Shown: positions 1 through 9,152 of the stretch, one piece after another
Position numbering within the stretch: position 1 is the stretch's first letter
Layout of the letters: each line of letters starts with the position of its first letter
Program-made: the position numbers and the translations under genes
The notes under the pieces: model-generated
What the model saw: only the letters and a program-made list of their open reading frames with translations
Databases searched by the model: none
What the model was told of the DNA's origin: nothing
Virus record (IMG/VR): IMGVR_UViG_3300021519_000049
Location: 1-28,616 of that record
Strand: one strand, 5' to 3'
From: a virus
Lineage: Duplodnaviria; Caudoviricetes
DNA: 28,616 bases

Positions 1-776
1 GATGCGCTTACACGCTCAGCGTTGTCAGACGCATTGAACGCTTCTTTCGTGTAGTCATCTGCGCTTGGGTCGTTTTGAGCGTGCGCTTCAGCAGCCATCA
101 AATGTGCTTCAGCAGCAGCGTTGTGTGCTTCGCCTTCGCTGAGCGTACGCGAGTTCTCTGAGCGGTCCGCATGATCGGTGCCGACCGCGTCGTGATACGC
201 GGAAAGCGCTTCGTGGCCCATTTGCGCAACTTCGTTGCGAGACATGCTCGTCGGGTCAGCGCCACCGCCAGAAGTCCACCGACCGTTTTCGTCACGTGCC
301 TGTTCTTTCAGCATGTCGTTCGCCTTGGCAACTTCTGCCCTTACCCCTGCTAACCACTCTTGTGCTTCTTGAAGTTTGCTCATCGTTAGTTCCTTTGAAA
401 GTAGAGACTTGGTAGTCACTCTATCAACTCTGCGCATGTTTGCTCTGGAGAGGTGATCCGTTGCCAAGTCGCGATGCATTGTTGCCTCGTGATTGTTTCC
501 TGCGTCTCCGTGTGCTTCCGCTGCTCTCATGTGCGCTACGGCTGCTTCTAGGTGGGTATTGATCTTGTTTTCGTGGCCCTTCGCCTTTTCGCTTGCTGCG
601 GTCTTGGCGTCTGCTCTTTCCGAAAGATAATCGGCTCCTGCGTTCCTGACCTTCGTATCCGTGCCACTTCCAAAACGACCACCAGAATCCCTCATGTGCT
701 CTGATTCTTCCCACAGTTTGAGCATTTGAAGTCTTTTCTGTAGCGCTGTAAGAAGTTGGCTTGGTGATTCCTGCAT
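1..776 (-). CDS. Tagged modular head-associated protein, 3'-truncated at the window edge (not in ORF track)
   Basis: Manual translation from ATG 776 is open to base 1: MQESPSQLLTALQKRLQMLKLWEESEHMRDSGGRFGSG...MLKEQARDENGRWTSGGG...HNAAAEAHLMAAEAH. It carries two copies of the tag motif plus His/Ala-rich helices. Confidence 0.85.
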   Translation of the reverse strand, partial: MQESPSQLLTALQKRLQMLKLWEESEHMRDSGGRFGSGTDTKVRNAGADYLSERADAKTAASEKAKGHENKINTHLEAAVAHMRAAEAHGDAGNNHEATMHRDLATDHLSRANMRRVDRVTTKSLLSKELTMSKLQEAQEWLAGVRAEVAKANDMLKEQARDENGRWTSGGGADPTSMSRNEVAQMGHEALSAYHDAVGTDHADRSENSRTLSEGEAHNAAAEAHLMAAEAHAQNDPSADDYTKEAFNASDNAERVSA

Positions 777-784
777 CAGGATCC

Positions 785-1147
785 CTATGAGCGGTTGGCC
801 CAGGGGACCAGGACCAGTGGCACACCGGCAGAGGTTGCTTCTCTTGCGTTCTCCTTGGAGTTGTCAATCAGAATGTCCACACCATTGTCGTCGCACCATT
901 TTGCCTTGCCCTTTGAACCGCTTCCATCAGGACTGGCGACAATCGTCATGCTATTCCAGCAGTTTGAGCATCCGAGTTCGTCGAGATACTGAGACTTTTT
1001 ATCCCAGATGTCTTTTGTTGCCGTGTCTTCTGCGGTTCCCGTGAGGACAACGACGCTATGACCAGCAGCCATCAGCGCTGCCATCAAGGACTGCATCTCT
1101 TTGGGGTTTGCGTCGATGGTGTTGTCTAAATCAACGGCGACTTTCAT
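785..1147 (-). CDS. Small HAD-superfamily phosphatase/nucleotidase-like protein
   Basis: MKVAVDLDNT (DxDxT motif I), LTG, a conserved K, and ILIDN (motif IV). SD-like GAAGAGG before ATG 1147, so the start is moved from the track's 1201. Confidence 0.75.
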   Translation of the reverse strand: MKVAVDLDNTIDANPKEMQSLMAALMAAGHSVVVLTGTAEDTATKDIWDKKSQYLDELGCSNCWNSMTIVASPDGSGSKGKAKWCDDNGVDILIDNSKENAREATSAGVPLVLVPWANRS

Positions 1148-1179
1148 AGATACCTCTTCGTTGCGCTGCGGGATGTTGA

Positions 1180-1596
1180 TTATGCTAGCGCATTTTGCCA
1201 ATAAGACTGATAGTTGCTAAGTATGTCGGACTCGGCGTCCTTCGCTCCAGGGAATAAATACGGGTACGCATGCGTGCCCTCCGGAAATCCCAATTCAACT
1301 CTTCGACCATAGATCATGTCTGGTGCAATCTTCGCTTCCCATCCCAAACTTTTCTTCAAAACGCTTCGGACCATTATTGACCCCTTCAGGTCGGTTGAAA
1401 TGCTCTGCGGCCTATCGAAGACGGTCTTTGGGGTTCCGGCGTCGTGTCGTGGTCCGAACCTTTGCTTGGCGTACTTTTCAATAGAGTGCGCTCCGAGTGC
1501 GGTTGCATTCATCGTGGCGTAGTCAACCCTGCTCAGGAGTTCTTCGATGGCCATATTGAATTCCTTGACTCCGGTGACTACGAGTTCAACCTTCAT
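1180..1596 (-). CDS. HK97 gp10-like putative neck/tail-completion protein
   Basis: TDLKGSI, YGRRVELG and AYPYLFPG match the HK97 gp10 family pattern (TG.L..SI / YA..VE.GT / A.PFL.PA). ATGA overlap with MuF. Confidence 0.7.
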   Translation of the reverse strand: MKVELVVTGVKEFNMAIEELLSRVDYATMNATALGAHSIEKYAKQRFGPRHDAGTPKTVFDRPQSISTDLKGSIMVRSVLKKSLGWEAKIAPDMIYGRRVELGFPEGTHAYPYLFPGAKDAESDILSNYQSYWQNALA

Positions 1597-2717
1597 TGGG
1601 GCTCCTCAGTTGCTGGCTCTTCGTCAACCTTAACCGCCTGTACATCTGGATTCATTTCGTCTGGTTGCTCAACCTTCACTACCGGTAAATAGGTGCATCG
1701 GCAGTTTGGATGTTGCGGGATTCTTGGATCTGGCAATGGGCTGACCTCGTACGGTCCTTCGGCCTCGTTCTCTTTGCAGTTGTTTCCAGGTGGCTTGTCA
1801 CAGGCATCATCTTCTGCCATCCAGTCAAACTCTTCGATGCCGTTCGCTATGTAGGTATCCATGGTCGCCTGCCCCTGCGCTCGCGAGGTCTCCGTTGCTG
1901 CGATCATCTCGGCGTGATCTGACACCAGGGCTTCTCCGGTCACGGGATCTGGAGTTGAAATGTTTTCAGCGATCTTCGAGGATGGCAGTCCATTGTCCAA
2001 TCCGTAGGCGAGTGCGTTGCCGAGTCGGTCAAGAATTGTGTCGAATATTCCTTTGATTGTTACGTCAGAGTCTTCAAGCAGGATTTCAAGCCCACCATCT
2101 CGAATGAGATTGGCTGCGGCTGATTCCCCTGGCCCCCAGATTTCCCAATCAATTTCCCTCTCGGCTGCGGCGATTGCCGTAGGGACCGCTGCCGCTGATC
2201 CAATCTGACTTGTAGCGCTATGCGCCCCACTCACATAAGCATCCGCCCAGAGATAGTTTAGGACCCTCCTGGCGTCTTCTGGAGAGATCCTGATGTTGGA
2301 CTTGACCGCTGCGTTGGCTATACGTGCTGATGAGATTTCAGAAGGCAATCGGTTCGCTGCGTTCCCTGAAGCCTTGTTGATGCTGGCCATCTCCGCTTCA
2401 TACTTCTTCTTGGCCTCTGCGATCGCTGCCGGTATCCCGCTGACTCCCCTTCGTAGCGCTTCTGCCATCTTTGGTTTGTAGTGGGCAACGATGGCTGCGT
2501 AGTAACGACGGTAGGGCTGCTTTGCCCATGCTGATTTCTTTTGCAGTCTGGCGATCTCTTTTTCGACGGCATCAATTTCATCCTGAATGATACTGCTGGC
2601 CGAAATGTAGAGAGAATCAACAAGAGACTTGTTGGCATCCTGCTGTTTTAGTTGCTCAAGGATTTCTTCTGGTATCTTCACTCCGGCTCTTGAAATGTTG
2701 TCCGTGATTTTGTTCAT
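1593..2717 (-). CDS. MuF / SPP1 gp7-family head morphogenesis (minor capsid) protein
   Basis: AEMIAATETSRAQ, W...D..C...C and the C-terminal PQHPNCRC hallmark. Confidence 0.92.
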   Translation of the reverse strand: MNKITDNISRAGVKIPEEILEQLKQQDANKSLVDSLYISASSIIQDEIDAVEKEIARLQKKSAWAKQPYRRYYAAIVAHYKPKMAEALRRGVSGIPAAIAEAKKKYEAEMASINKASGNAANRLPSEISSARIANAAVKSNIRISPEDARRVLNYLWADAYVSGAHSATSQIGSAAAVPTAIAAAEREIDWEIWGPGESAAANLIRDGGLEILLEDSDVTIKGIFDTILDRLGNALAYGLDNGLPSSKIAENISTPDPVTGEALVSDHAEMIAATETSRAQGQATMDTYIANGIEEFDWMAEDDACDKPPGNNCKENEAEGPYEVSPLPDPRIPQHPNCRCTYLPVVKVEQPDEMNPDVQAVKVDEEPATEEPQ

Positions 2718-5700
2718 TTGTTTATTCCCCCATCGTGGATAACAGACATCGCATCACGCCAGTCCCCACCGAGAACGCCGAAGTAACCCTTATCGGCAAT
2801 GTGCTGGCTATATTCATCCCAATTGTAAGTAACGCCAGTGTAGTTGTAGTTCTCAGGGTTTTTTAGCGTGTTGTCAATCACGTTCCCCTTTTGGTCAACG
2901 GCCCATGCGTGCAGGAAGCCAAGGCCAGGCATATCTTTCGACTCGCATACGCCTTCGCAGTAGTTGAGTTTCCCACCACGTCCGAAGTTGCTGTCCATGA
3001 CGATTCTGCTTGCGTTCTCGAAGCAGTTCTTCGGTTGCCCCATCGCAAATCCCTCTGGAAGTTTCTGCCCTTTGAACTGCGTACCATATTTGGCTACGTA
3101 GTCTCGTGCCCCAATGGGGTCGTGCGTGCCAAGAACAACCACGCTGCCCATGTCGATTCCACCACCGCTCCCAAATCGCCCGTGAGCATCTCGGGGGTGC
3201 TTCGACTCGTCCCATTCTTTAGCGAGGGACTTCGCTGCGCTATAAGCCTCAACAAAATAATGGTCGAAGGTCCCATATGGGGTTTGCGTGTCTGGCGGAT
3301 AAATGCGGGCTGAGTATTTTGCTCCTTCCGGCAGAACACTTTCCCCCATCTTCAGATCAGAAAGACTCTGCTTTTGCCAGGGAACTCCTGTATCGGTGAT
3401 GGACGGGAAGGTCATCGTGCCAACAACACCATTCGGGTTAAAGAAGCAAACGAGACACGACACTGGGCCTGAAACTTCGGTGGCTCTGTACTCATCGGCG
3501 ACGCCCCTGTCTGGGCTGCTTGAGGTGATGCCACCGAGTTCTATGCGAGTAGAAACAACATCATCGCTTGCAGTCTTTCCGTTGCCATAGCGGTCATAAA
3601 GTTCCTGTGCAGAATCGAATGAATCCCCACGCCAAACCTCGTTGAAGGGCAGTTTGGTTGACGAGGCCTCCTCCTGAATCGCATTCGCAAGTTTTTTGTA
3701 TTCTTCCACTTCTTTTGGTCCCAACCGATTCCCTTCAGAGTCTGTGGTCGGATCGACTCCCCTCAGGGCATCGTTGATGTTTGCAGACTCGTAGGCCCAT
3801 TCATCCCAACCATTTGGGGTTACCTTTCCGGAGGAGTCAACCAGAGCGTTCTGCTGATCACCACTACCTTCCCCAAATCTTCCGCCAGCCCCACGTGGAT
3901 GTTTTGATTCATCCCACGATTTGGCTGCGGCGTTTTCTTTGTTGTGGCTCATGATGTCTGCCAGTAGTTCTTGACCAACCTTGGTCTCCCATATTGGGTT
4001 TACCTCGTCTAGATCACCTGGGTTTGGTTGGTTCCTTGCGTCAACCTTCACACCAGGTCGTGCCTTGAGCATCTTTGCCAAACTCATATTGGCTATCTCT
4101 TTGCACTGATCGAGGTCCCACGTAGATGTTCCGCCATACCCTGCGTATGATTCGCCCATCGTGCGACCAATCATTTCGTGGTACGGGCGAGCGTCTGGGG
4201 TTGCCTCACTCGACACGCCAACGTGGTTTGAAACCGCCACCGTTGCGAGTAGGTACTGCAACGCTGTGGCTGCCCCAGGTGTTGTTTGGTTAGAACCAAG
4301 TTGAGCAACGTACAGGCTTTGCATCTCGCTTGCGTTCGGGTCTAGGTTGTTGTTGTCATACACCTTCTCAAAGTTCATGGCGGCACAAACATTTCCCTCT
4401 GCATCTTTTGCCACCAACACGTTCTCTCCATTGGCTGCGTCGTCCATGTAATCAACGCCTTCGACCAAACGGTGGGCCTGATGGTACATAGCAGCCTGAC
4501 CGTCTGGATTGGATATTGCGTTGCCTTGTTGGATAATTTCTTCGTAGCGTTCACTGATGGCGTCGGCTTGGTTGCCTGTGTCTTCACGTACTGCGTCTAG
4601 CGCCTTTGGCGTCGTGCGCTCGTCGAGAATCTCTACAGTGCCACCAGCCTCACGAAACTTCTTAACCTGTCCGCCAATAAACGCCAGGTGCTCTGGTTGG
4701 CTAGCGCCTTGGCTGCCTGCGGTAGGCCGTTCTCGCACCATTGTATCTCCACCACCGCTCCCAAATCGTCCGCCCGCACCACGAGGATGTTTGCTCTCGT
4801 CCCATTCTTTAGCGAGGGACTTCTCTGTCTTTTCTGTAATCTCAATATCGGAGGGCGACCACGCAAACCTTCCTCCCGTTTCACCATTTTCTTTTTCAAC
4901 GAGACCTTTGCCCATTATACCCTTGGCGGTATTTACGAGAGACATTTTATAGAGGGTTTCACGTCCAAACTTGTCATAGTTTTTTTGAATGTCGTCAACG
5001 ACAAAGGTGCTTCCCCTTGGAAGTATGACCTCGGCCTCCTTATCTCGATTATTTGGAAGCGCATTACTGCCTTCGGGGATTTTGATTTCAACCATTGATC
5101 TCTCGGTATTACCTGCGAAGACTTCGGCAATGTGATCTGTTAGAGATGTCGCAACATAACCCTTGTCGGTAAATGTTTCTCCAACCCCCAAACCCAGGTC
5201 AAATTTTACCCCCCTAAATGTAGTCATTGGCTCAGTGGTTATTGAGCGAGCCATTGCTTTGTCTATCTGGTCTATTCCCTGCATAACCCCATTGGATGCC
5301 TTATCACCCAGGTCGTTTCTCAGCGCCAAATTTATCGACTCGGCAGATCCGGACATGTGGGCCTGTTGCGTATAGGCTCTTAACGCATCTTCCTCAAAAG
5401 AGGTTAGGGGTGTTGTCATCCTGAATGAGGATTCAAACTTTTTCTGTGCTTCTTTGTTTGCCTGACCAACAATCTCAAAATACCTTCTTCTACCAGCCCT
5501 TTCGAGCCCTAGATCCGCCGTTGCGTTTAGTGTTCGCTGCCATTCCTCCACTCCATTACCGCTCCCAAACCTTCCGTGATCATCTCGTGGGTGCTTGGAT
5601 TCGTCGAAGTATTTAGCCATGGACTTTTCCATCTTTGAAATAGCAAGATCAACAAGCCATTTCGGTGCGAGCATGGGATCACCGTTTGATTGATTGAATG

Positions 5701-5788
5701 ATTCACGAAGTTTCTTTGCTTCTGGGAAACGGGCTTCACTCGTCAGTCGGGCGACCGCACGTGAGAAGTCAGGCTGCGTTATGTCCAT
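2714..5788 (-). CDS. Four-module tagged polyprotein: VIP2/C3-type ADP-ribosyltransferase + GNAT-like + second ART-like + papain/transglutaminase-like domain
   Basis: Four HPRxxxGRFG tags. ART1: YT...IN.ALR, FRG, YVATS, EAEVILPRG. GNAT: LYVAQLGS...PGAATAL...ARPYH..IG. ART2: INDALRG, WRG, TSSS, GESVLPEG. Module 4: CFENA, YCEG, HAW, IDNT. Confidence 0.85.
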   Translation of the reverse strand: MDITQPDFSRAVARLTSEARFPEAKKLRESFNQSNGDPMLAPKWLVDLAISKMEKSMAKYFDESKHPRDDHGRFGSGNGVEEWQRTLNATADLGLERAGRRRYFEIVGQANKEAQKKFESSFRMTTPLTSFEEDALRAYTQQAHMSGSAESINLALRNDLGDKASNGVMQGIDQIDKAMARSITTEPMTTFRGVKFDLGLGVGETFTDKGYVATSLTDHIAEVFAGNTERSMVEIKIPEGSNALPNNRDKEAEVILPRGSTFVVDDIQKNYDKFGRETLYKMSLVNTAKGIMGKGLVEKENGETGGRFAWSPSDIEITEKTEKSLAKEWDESKHPRGAGGRFGSGGGDTMVRERPTAGSQGASQPEHLAFIGGQVKKFREAGGTVEILDERTTPKALDAVREDTGNQADAISERYEEIIQQGNAISNPDGQAAMYHQAHRLVEGVDYMDDAANGENVLVAKDAEGNVCAAMNFEKVYDNNNLDPNASEMQSLYVAQLGSNQTTPGAATALQYLLATVAVSNHVGVSSEATPDARPYHEMIGRTMGESYAGYGGTSTWDLDQCKEIANMSLAKMLKARPGVKVDARNQPNPGDLDEVNPIWETKVGQELLADIMSHNKENAAAKSWDESKHPRGAGGRFGEGSGDQQNALVDSSGKVTPNGWDEWAYESANINDALRGVDPTTDSEGNRLGPKEVEEYKKLANAIQEEASSTKLPFNEVWRGDSFDSAQELYDRYGNGKTASDDVVSTRIELGGITSSSPDRGVADEYRATEVSGPVSCLVCFFNPNGVVGTMTFPSITDTGVPWQKQSLSDLKMGESVLPEGAKYSARIYPPDTQTPYGTFDHYFVEAYSAAKSLAKEWDESKHPRDAHGRFGSGGGIDMGSVVVLGTHDPIGARDYVAKYGTQFKGQKLPEGFAMGQPKNCFENASRIVMDSNFGRGGKLNYCEGVCESKDMPGLGFLHAWAVDQKGNVIDNTLKNPENYNYTGVTYNWDEYSQHIADKGYFGVLGGDWRDAMSVIHDGGINK
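3158..3233. repeat. Imperfect 76-bp direct repeat, copy 1 (encodes KSLAKEWDESKHPR...RFGSGGG)
   Basis: Exact blocks tccaccaccgctcccaaatcg (3158-3178 = 4748-4768) and ctcgtcccattctttagcgagggacttc (3206-3233 = 4796-4823); the offset of 1590 nt keeps the frame. Confidence 0.9.
4748..4823. repeat. Imperfect 76-bp direct repeat, copy 2
   Basis: Matches 3158-3233 with exact 21-bp and 28-bp blocks. Confidence 0.9.
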
Positions 5789-7800
5789 CAGTAGCCCTTC
5801 GCATTTCGGTCGTATGCTCCGTTGTTGTCCCGTATGTTAAGCGCTCCCCTGTTCAGAACAATCGTTGATCCGCTCTCATCCACCATCGCATCGTAACCCT
5901 TCGTAACCGCCCAAACGGAAAGCATGGAAGTTGTGTCGTAAGCCGCATCGGGGAAAGTTCCATCTTTGTCAACCAATGGTTTGAATGCGCCATCCTTGTT
6001 GTATTGGGATTCGTACTCTTTCATCACATCTGTATCTCTGATTTGGTTGAAAACTTTTGCGTTGGGATCGAGGACCATTTGATACATTCGACCAGGAACA
6101 GTTCCTCCGCTCTTATCATCAAGAGAGTTCCCGGACTGCTTCAGGTAACCCTGGGCAAGAACTATGCTTTCTGTGGTGTAAATCCCATTACCATTCACCC
6201 CACGACCAATGAACGGTGTCTCTGCGTTCAAAAAGTTGTTGTATCGCCTGACCATTGCCTCTTCCTTGCTTCCCGATCCTGCTATCAGGCCATCTGCTGA
6301 GATTCCACGATAGAGAACCTTTCCTCCATTTTCCTGTACATTTTCCTGTACAAACTTCTCCCAATCCTTTTCGGGAATGAGCGTTGGCTTTCCCAGAAAG
6401 CCCTGCTCTCGCATCACTTCACGCAATAGTGAGTCAGATATACCCCCACTAAGAACATTGACGTCTCCCTCTGGTTCACCTTGAGGCCAAGCACGCTGTT
6501 CGATTTTGTCCAAGACGTCAGCGGTGAAGTGATCGGCGTCGTGCTTTGGTTCACCCGAGTCTCCAGTTGTCCACCGTCCACGACTGTCACGTGGTTCGCT
6601 GGGGTCGTACTTGAGAAGGTTGATTATTTCCCTTTGAACGAGGGCGATCTCTGATTCAAGAACTTCTCTTGCTTCTTTATAGAGCGCATCAACGAGCGCC
6701 TTCTTTGCGTTGCCGAGATCGGCGATTTCATAACACTGTTCTGCCGTCCACCTTGAATCCAGATATTGGTCAACATCTCTTCCGATTGAGAGGTGGTAGT
6801 CAAGGCTCCGGTCGGTTGCTTCACTCTGCACTCCGACATCCAGCGCTGCGGCACGACTGGCCAACTCGTACTGAATAGCCGTTGCCGCACCTGGTTCGCT
6901 GAAGGTGCTGCCAAGGTAACCAACCTTGATGTATTCTGGATTTTCGTCCAGAGCATTTCCACTCAAACCCGTTTTGTTGTTGGTGACAACTTCGTAGCCG
7001 AGCGCAGCAACCACATTGTCGTGTGCGTCTTTGGCGAGTATGACGTTGTGACGAAATCCCGTATCCTCGGGCTGTACCCCTAACCCTGGTGCCCCAACGC
7101 TCATTCCAATAGCAGCCCATCCAATGTATTTCATTCCAAGTTCAAGATTCTGCCCTCTGGCGTATCCGGGCTTGTCCTCCATATCCCAACCGCCGTTTTG
7201 AACCATCTCCCGAACACCATTTTGAAAGTCTCTCGCTATCTTTTTCATTTGGGTTCTGTCTTCTTGGTTATTCGTTAGAACCTCTATGTGGTTGCCTGGC
7301 GTGTCAAAGAACTTGTTTGCTCTCCTGGCGATTGTGTCGAGATATTCCGGAGAATTTGCTCTCGCTCGCAGTCGCGTCTTCTCCTGAGTGCCACCACTGC
7401 CGAACCTGCCGTGCGAGTCCCGTGGCTGGTCAGGGCTGTACTTCTTTACGTTGTCGCCGAATAACTTTCGCCACATCTCCTTGCCGTCTGGCGTTTCCCA
7501 GAATGGGTCAACCTCGTCAGGATCTGCGAATGGTTCGGCTGGTTCCTTCTTGGACTTCTCAACGACGATTCCCGTCTCAAGAAATGCCTGGGCCTCCCTC
7601 TTGAGCGTTAGCGGTGCCGGGACCCAGAACGGAAGCCCCTCATCCCGCCTGAGAGCCGTTCTAAGCCCTTCAACGTCGCCCATCGGCAAAGCCCGCCAGA
7701 CCATGTAACTTTTCAGGTCAGTGACGCCTGGGAGATCCCACGTGCCAACCTTGATCCAGTCGGAGCCAAGAAGCGTTGAGTCGGGGTAAATCATTCTCAT
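5788..7800 (-). CDS. Tagged polyprotein: N-terminal small domain + GNAT-like module + ADP-ribosyltransferase-like module
   Basis: Tags KYSPDQPRDSHGRFGSGG and KYDPSEPRDSRGRWTTG. The GNAT-like segment is paralogous to the one in 2714-5788 (LGS...PGAATA.QY). C-terminal LYRG, GRGVNGNGIYTT, A.GY, GYDA and IVLNR resemble phage/MuF-associated ART folds. Confidence 0.75.
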   Translation of the reverse strand: MRMIYPDSTLLGSDWIKVGTWDLPGVTDLKSYMVWRALPMGDVEGLRTALRRDEGLPFWVPAPLTLKREAQAFLETGIVVEKSKKEPAEPFADPDEVDPFWETPDGKEMWRKLFGDNVKKYSPDQPRDSHGRFGSGGTQEKTRLRARANSPEYLDTIARRANKFFDTPGNHIEVLTNNQEDRTQMKKIARDFQNGVREMVQNGGWDMEDKPGYARGQNLELGMKYIGWAAIGMSVGAPGLGVQPEDTGFRHNVILAKDAHDNVVAALGYEVVTNNKTGLSGNALDENPEYIKVGYLGSTFSEPGAATAIQYELASRAAALDVGVQSEATDRSLDYHLSIGRDVDQYLDSRWTAEQCYEIADLGNAKKALVDALYKEAREVLESEIALVQREIINLLKYDPSEPRDSRGRWTTGDSGEPKHDADHFTADVLDKIEQRAWPQGEPEGDVNVLSGGISDSLLREVMREQGFLGKPTLIPEKDWEKFVQENVQENGGKVLYRGISADGLIAGSGSKEEAMVRRYNNFLNAETPFIGRGVNGNGIYTTESIVLAQGYLKQSGNSLDDKSGGTVPGRMYQMVLDPNAKVFNQIRDTDVMKEYESQYNKDGAFKPLVDKDGTFPDAAYDTTSMLSVWAVTKGYDAMVDESGSTIVLNRGALNIRDNNGAYDRNAKGY

Positions 7801-7821
7801 TATTTGGGCTCTCCGCTGTAT

Positions 7822-9084
7822 TTAGGCATGGAATCGGAGATCCTTGCGATGAACAAATTCCGAAATGTAGTCAACAATTTCGGTTTGCTTCACACCCCCG
7901 AGTACGACAACTTCTTTTTCTGAGAGACAACCGTTTCCGGTATATGGGGTTGAGAAAATATCACTAACGGGAACGTCAACCTTCAGCATGCTCCCGACCC
8001 CTCCAGTAACTTCATTGTCCATGAAATCCCTTGCCGTCCCAGGGTCGGTGGTAAAACTTGTCAAGGGTCGGAACCGTGCGTCCATCTGCTCACCAACATC
8101 TCCAAATCTTTGATCTACCCCCCTGAGAAGAGAAATCATGTCACCAGGGGTATATCCGAGATCTGCAAGTTTGCTCTGCGTGTCTTCGTACTGGGTTCGA
8201 AGAAAGTCCCTGTAAACACTTCCGTTCTCTTCGAGGTTGCTTTGAACCATGTCGGCGGTGCTCTGGGTGAGTGACCAGGGGTGGGTGTCCCTAACGCCAA
8301 ACTCCGATTCAGCAGATTCTTGAATAGCCAATGATTGTATATCGCTGTCATTGGATGATCTTGCCCAGGCCTGAATGAGGTTGCTCGCTGCTTCGTTGCG
8401 AAGTTCTTCAAGAAAGGCGGGATCTTTGATTGCCTCTGAAGATCGCATCCATCCAGCGTCTCTCAATTCCGCATCAGCAAAACTTGAGTAGGGAGAAGGA
8501 TCAATGTTATAGGAGTTTCTGGCATCTTCACTTGAAAGACCCCTCAACATGCTGGTTTCGGCGTCTTCAGCAATGTTCAAACCATTCACCCTGAGAGGAG
8601 AAATCATGTCACCATTCGTTCCTATCGTCAGGTATTGAAACGAACTGGCCATCCCTTCGAGTCCTCTATTCTCCGGGCTTTGCTCACTTACAAATAAGTC
8701 GCGCCTTGAATCCAATCCCGTGTCTCCACTGCCGTAATGAATATAACCATGCACGTGCACTGGAGAAGCAAGAAGCATGTCATTCGTCGACGACTTCATT
8801 TTGCTTGCGATTTCTTTGCTCACTTCGGACTTGAGTTGTCCTGCCCTTATGTGCGAAGGAATAAACTGTCCAAAAGTTTTGAGTGTTCCCAACTTTTCCT
8901 CTAAAACCTCTGGACTGCTGTAATCCGTTCCTCCGTGGGTAGCGAACCTGCCGTGAGAGTCTCTCGGGTGCTTGTCCTCTTCGAAGTACTTGGCGAGTCG
9001 CTCGATCTCCGCTGCTACGGCTGCGATCTCTTCTGTGACTGCTACCCGTGCTTCTTTGATGAGTTCAGCGAGTTGGTAGGACAT
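7822..9084 (-). CDS. Tagged ADP-ribosyltransferase (R-S-E clade)
   Basis: Tag KYFEEDKHPRDSHGRF; catalytic-like LLRG, PLTSFTTD...A..F and EKEVVV (ExE). Confidence 0.75.
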   Translation of the reverse strand: MSYQLAELIKEARVAVTEEIAAVAAEIERLAKYFEEDKHPRDSHGRFATHGGTDYSSPEVLEEKLGTLKTFGQFIPSHIRAGQLKSEVSKEIASKMKSSTNDMLLASPVHVHGYIHYGSGDTGLDSRRDLFVSEQSPENRGLEGMASSFQYLTIGTNGDMISPLRVNGLNIAEDAETSMLRGLSSEDARNSYNIDPSPYSSFADAELRDAGWMRSSEAIKDPAFLEELRNEAASNLIQAWARSSNDSDIQSLAIQESAESEFGVRDTHPWSLTQSTADMVQSNLEENGSVYRDFLRTQYEDTQSKLADLGYTPGDMISLLRGVDQRFGDVGEQMDARFRPLTSFTTDPGTARDFMDNEVTGGVGSMLKVDVPVSDIFSTPYTGNGCLSEKEVVVLGGVKQTEIVDYISEFVHRKDLRFHA

Positions 9085-9152
9085 GATAAATACAATCTAG
9101 TGCGTTCTTGCCCCGTGGATTGTTTCAATCCGCTTGCCGACTGCTGTCCTGT

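Noticed and set aside
424-867. Track ORF of 147 aa on the minus strand
   Set aside because: It is an Arg/Ser-rich shadow frame; the overlapping frame from ATG 776 encodes the tag motifs and is the credible gene.
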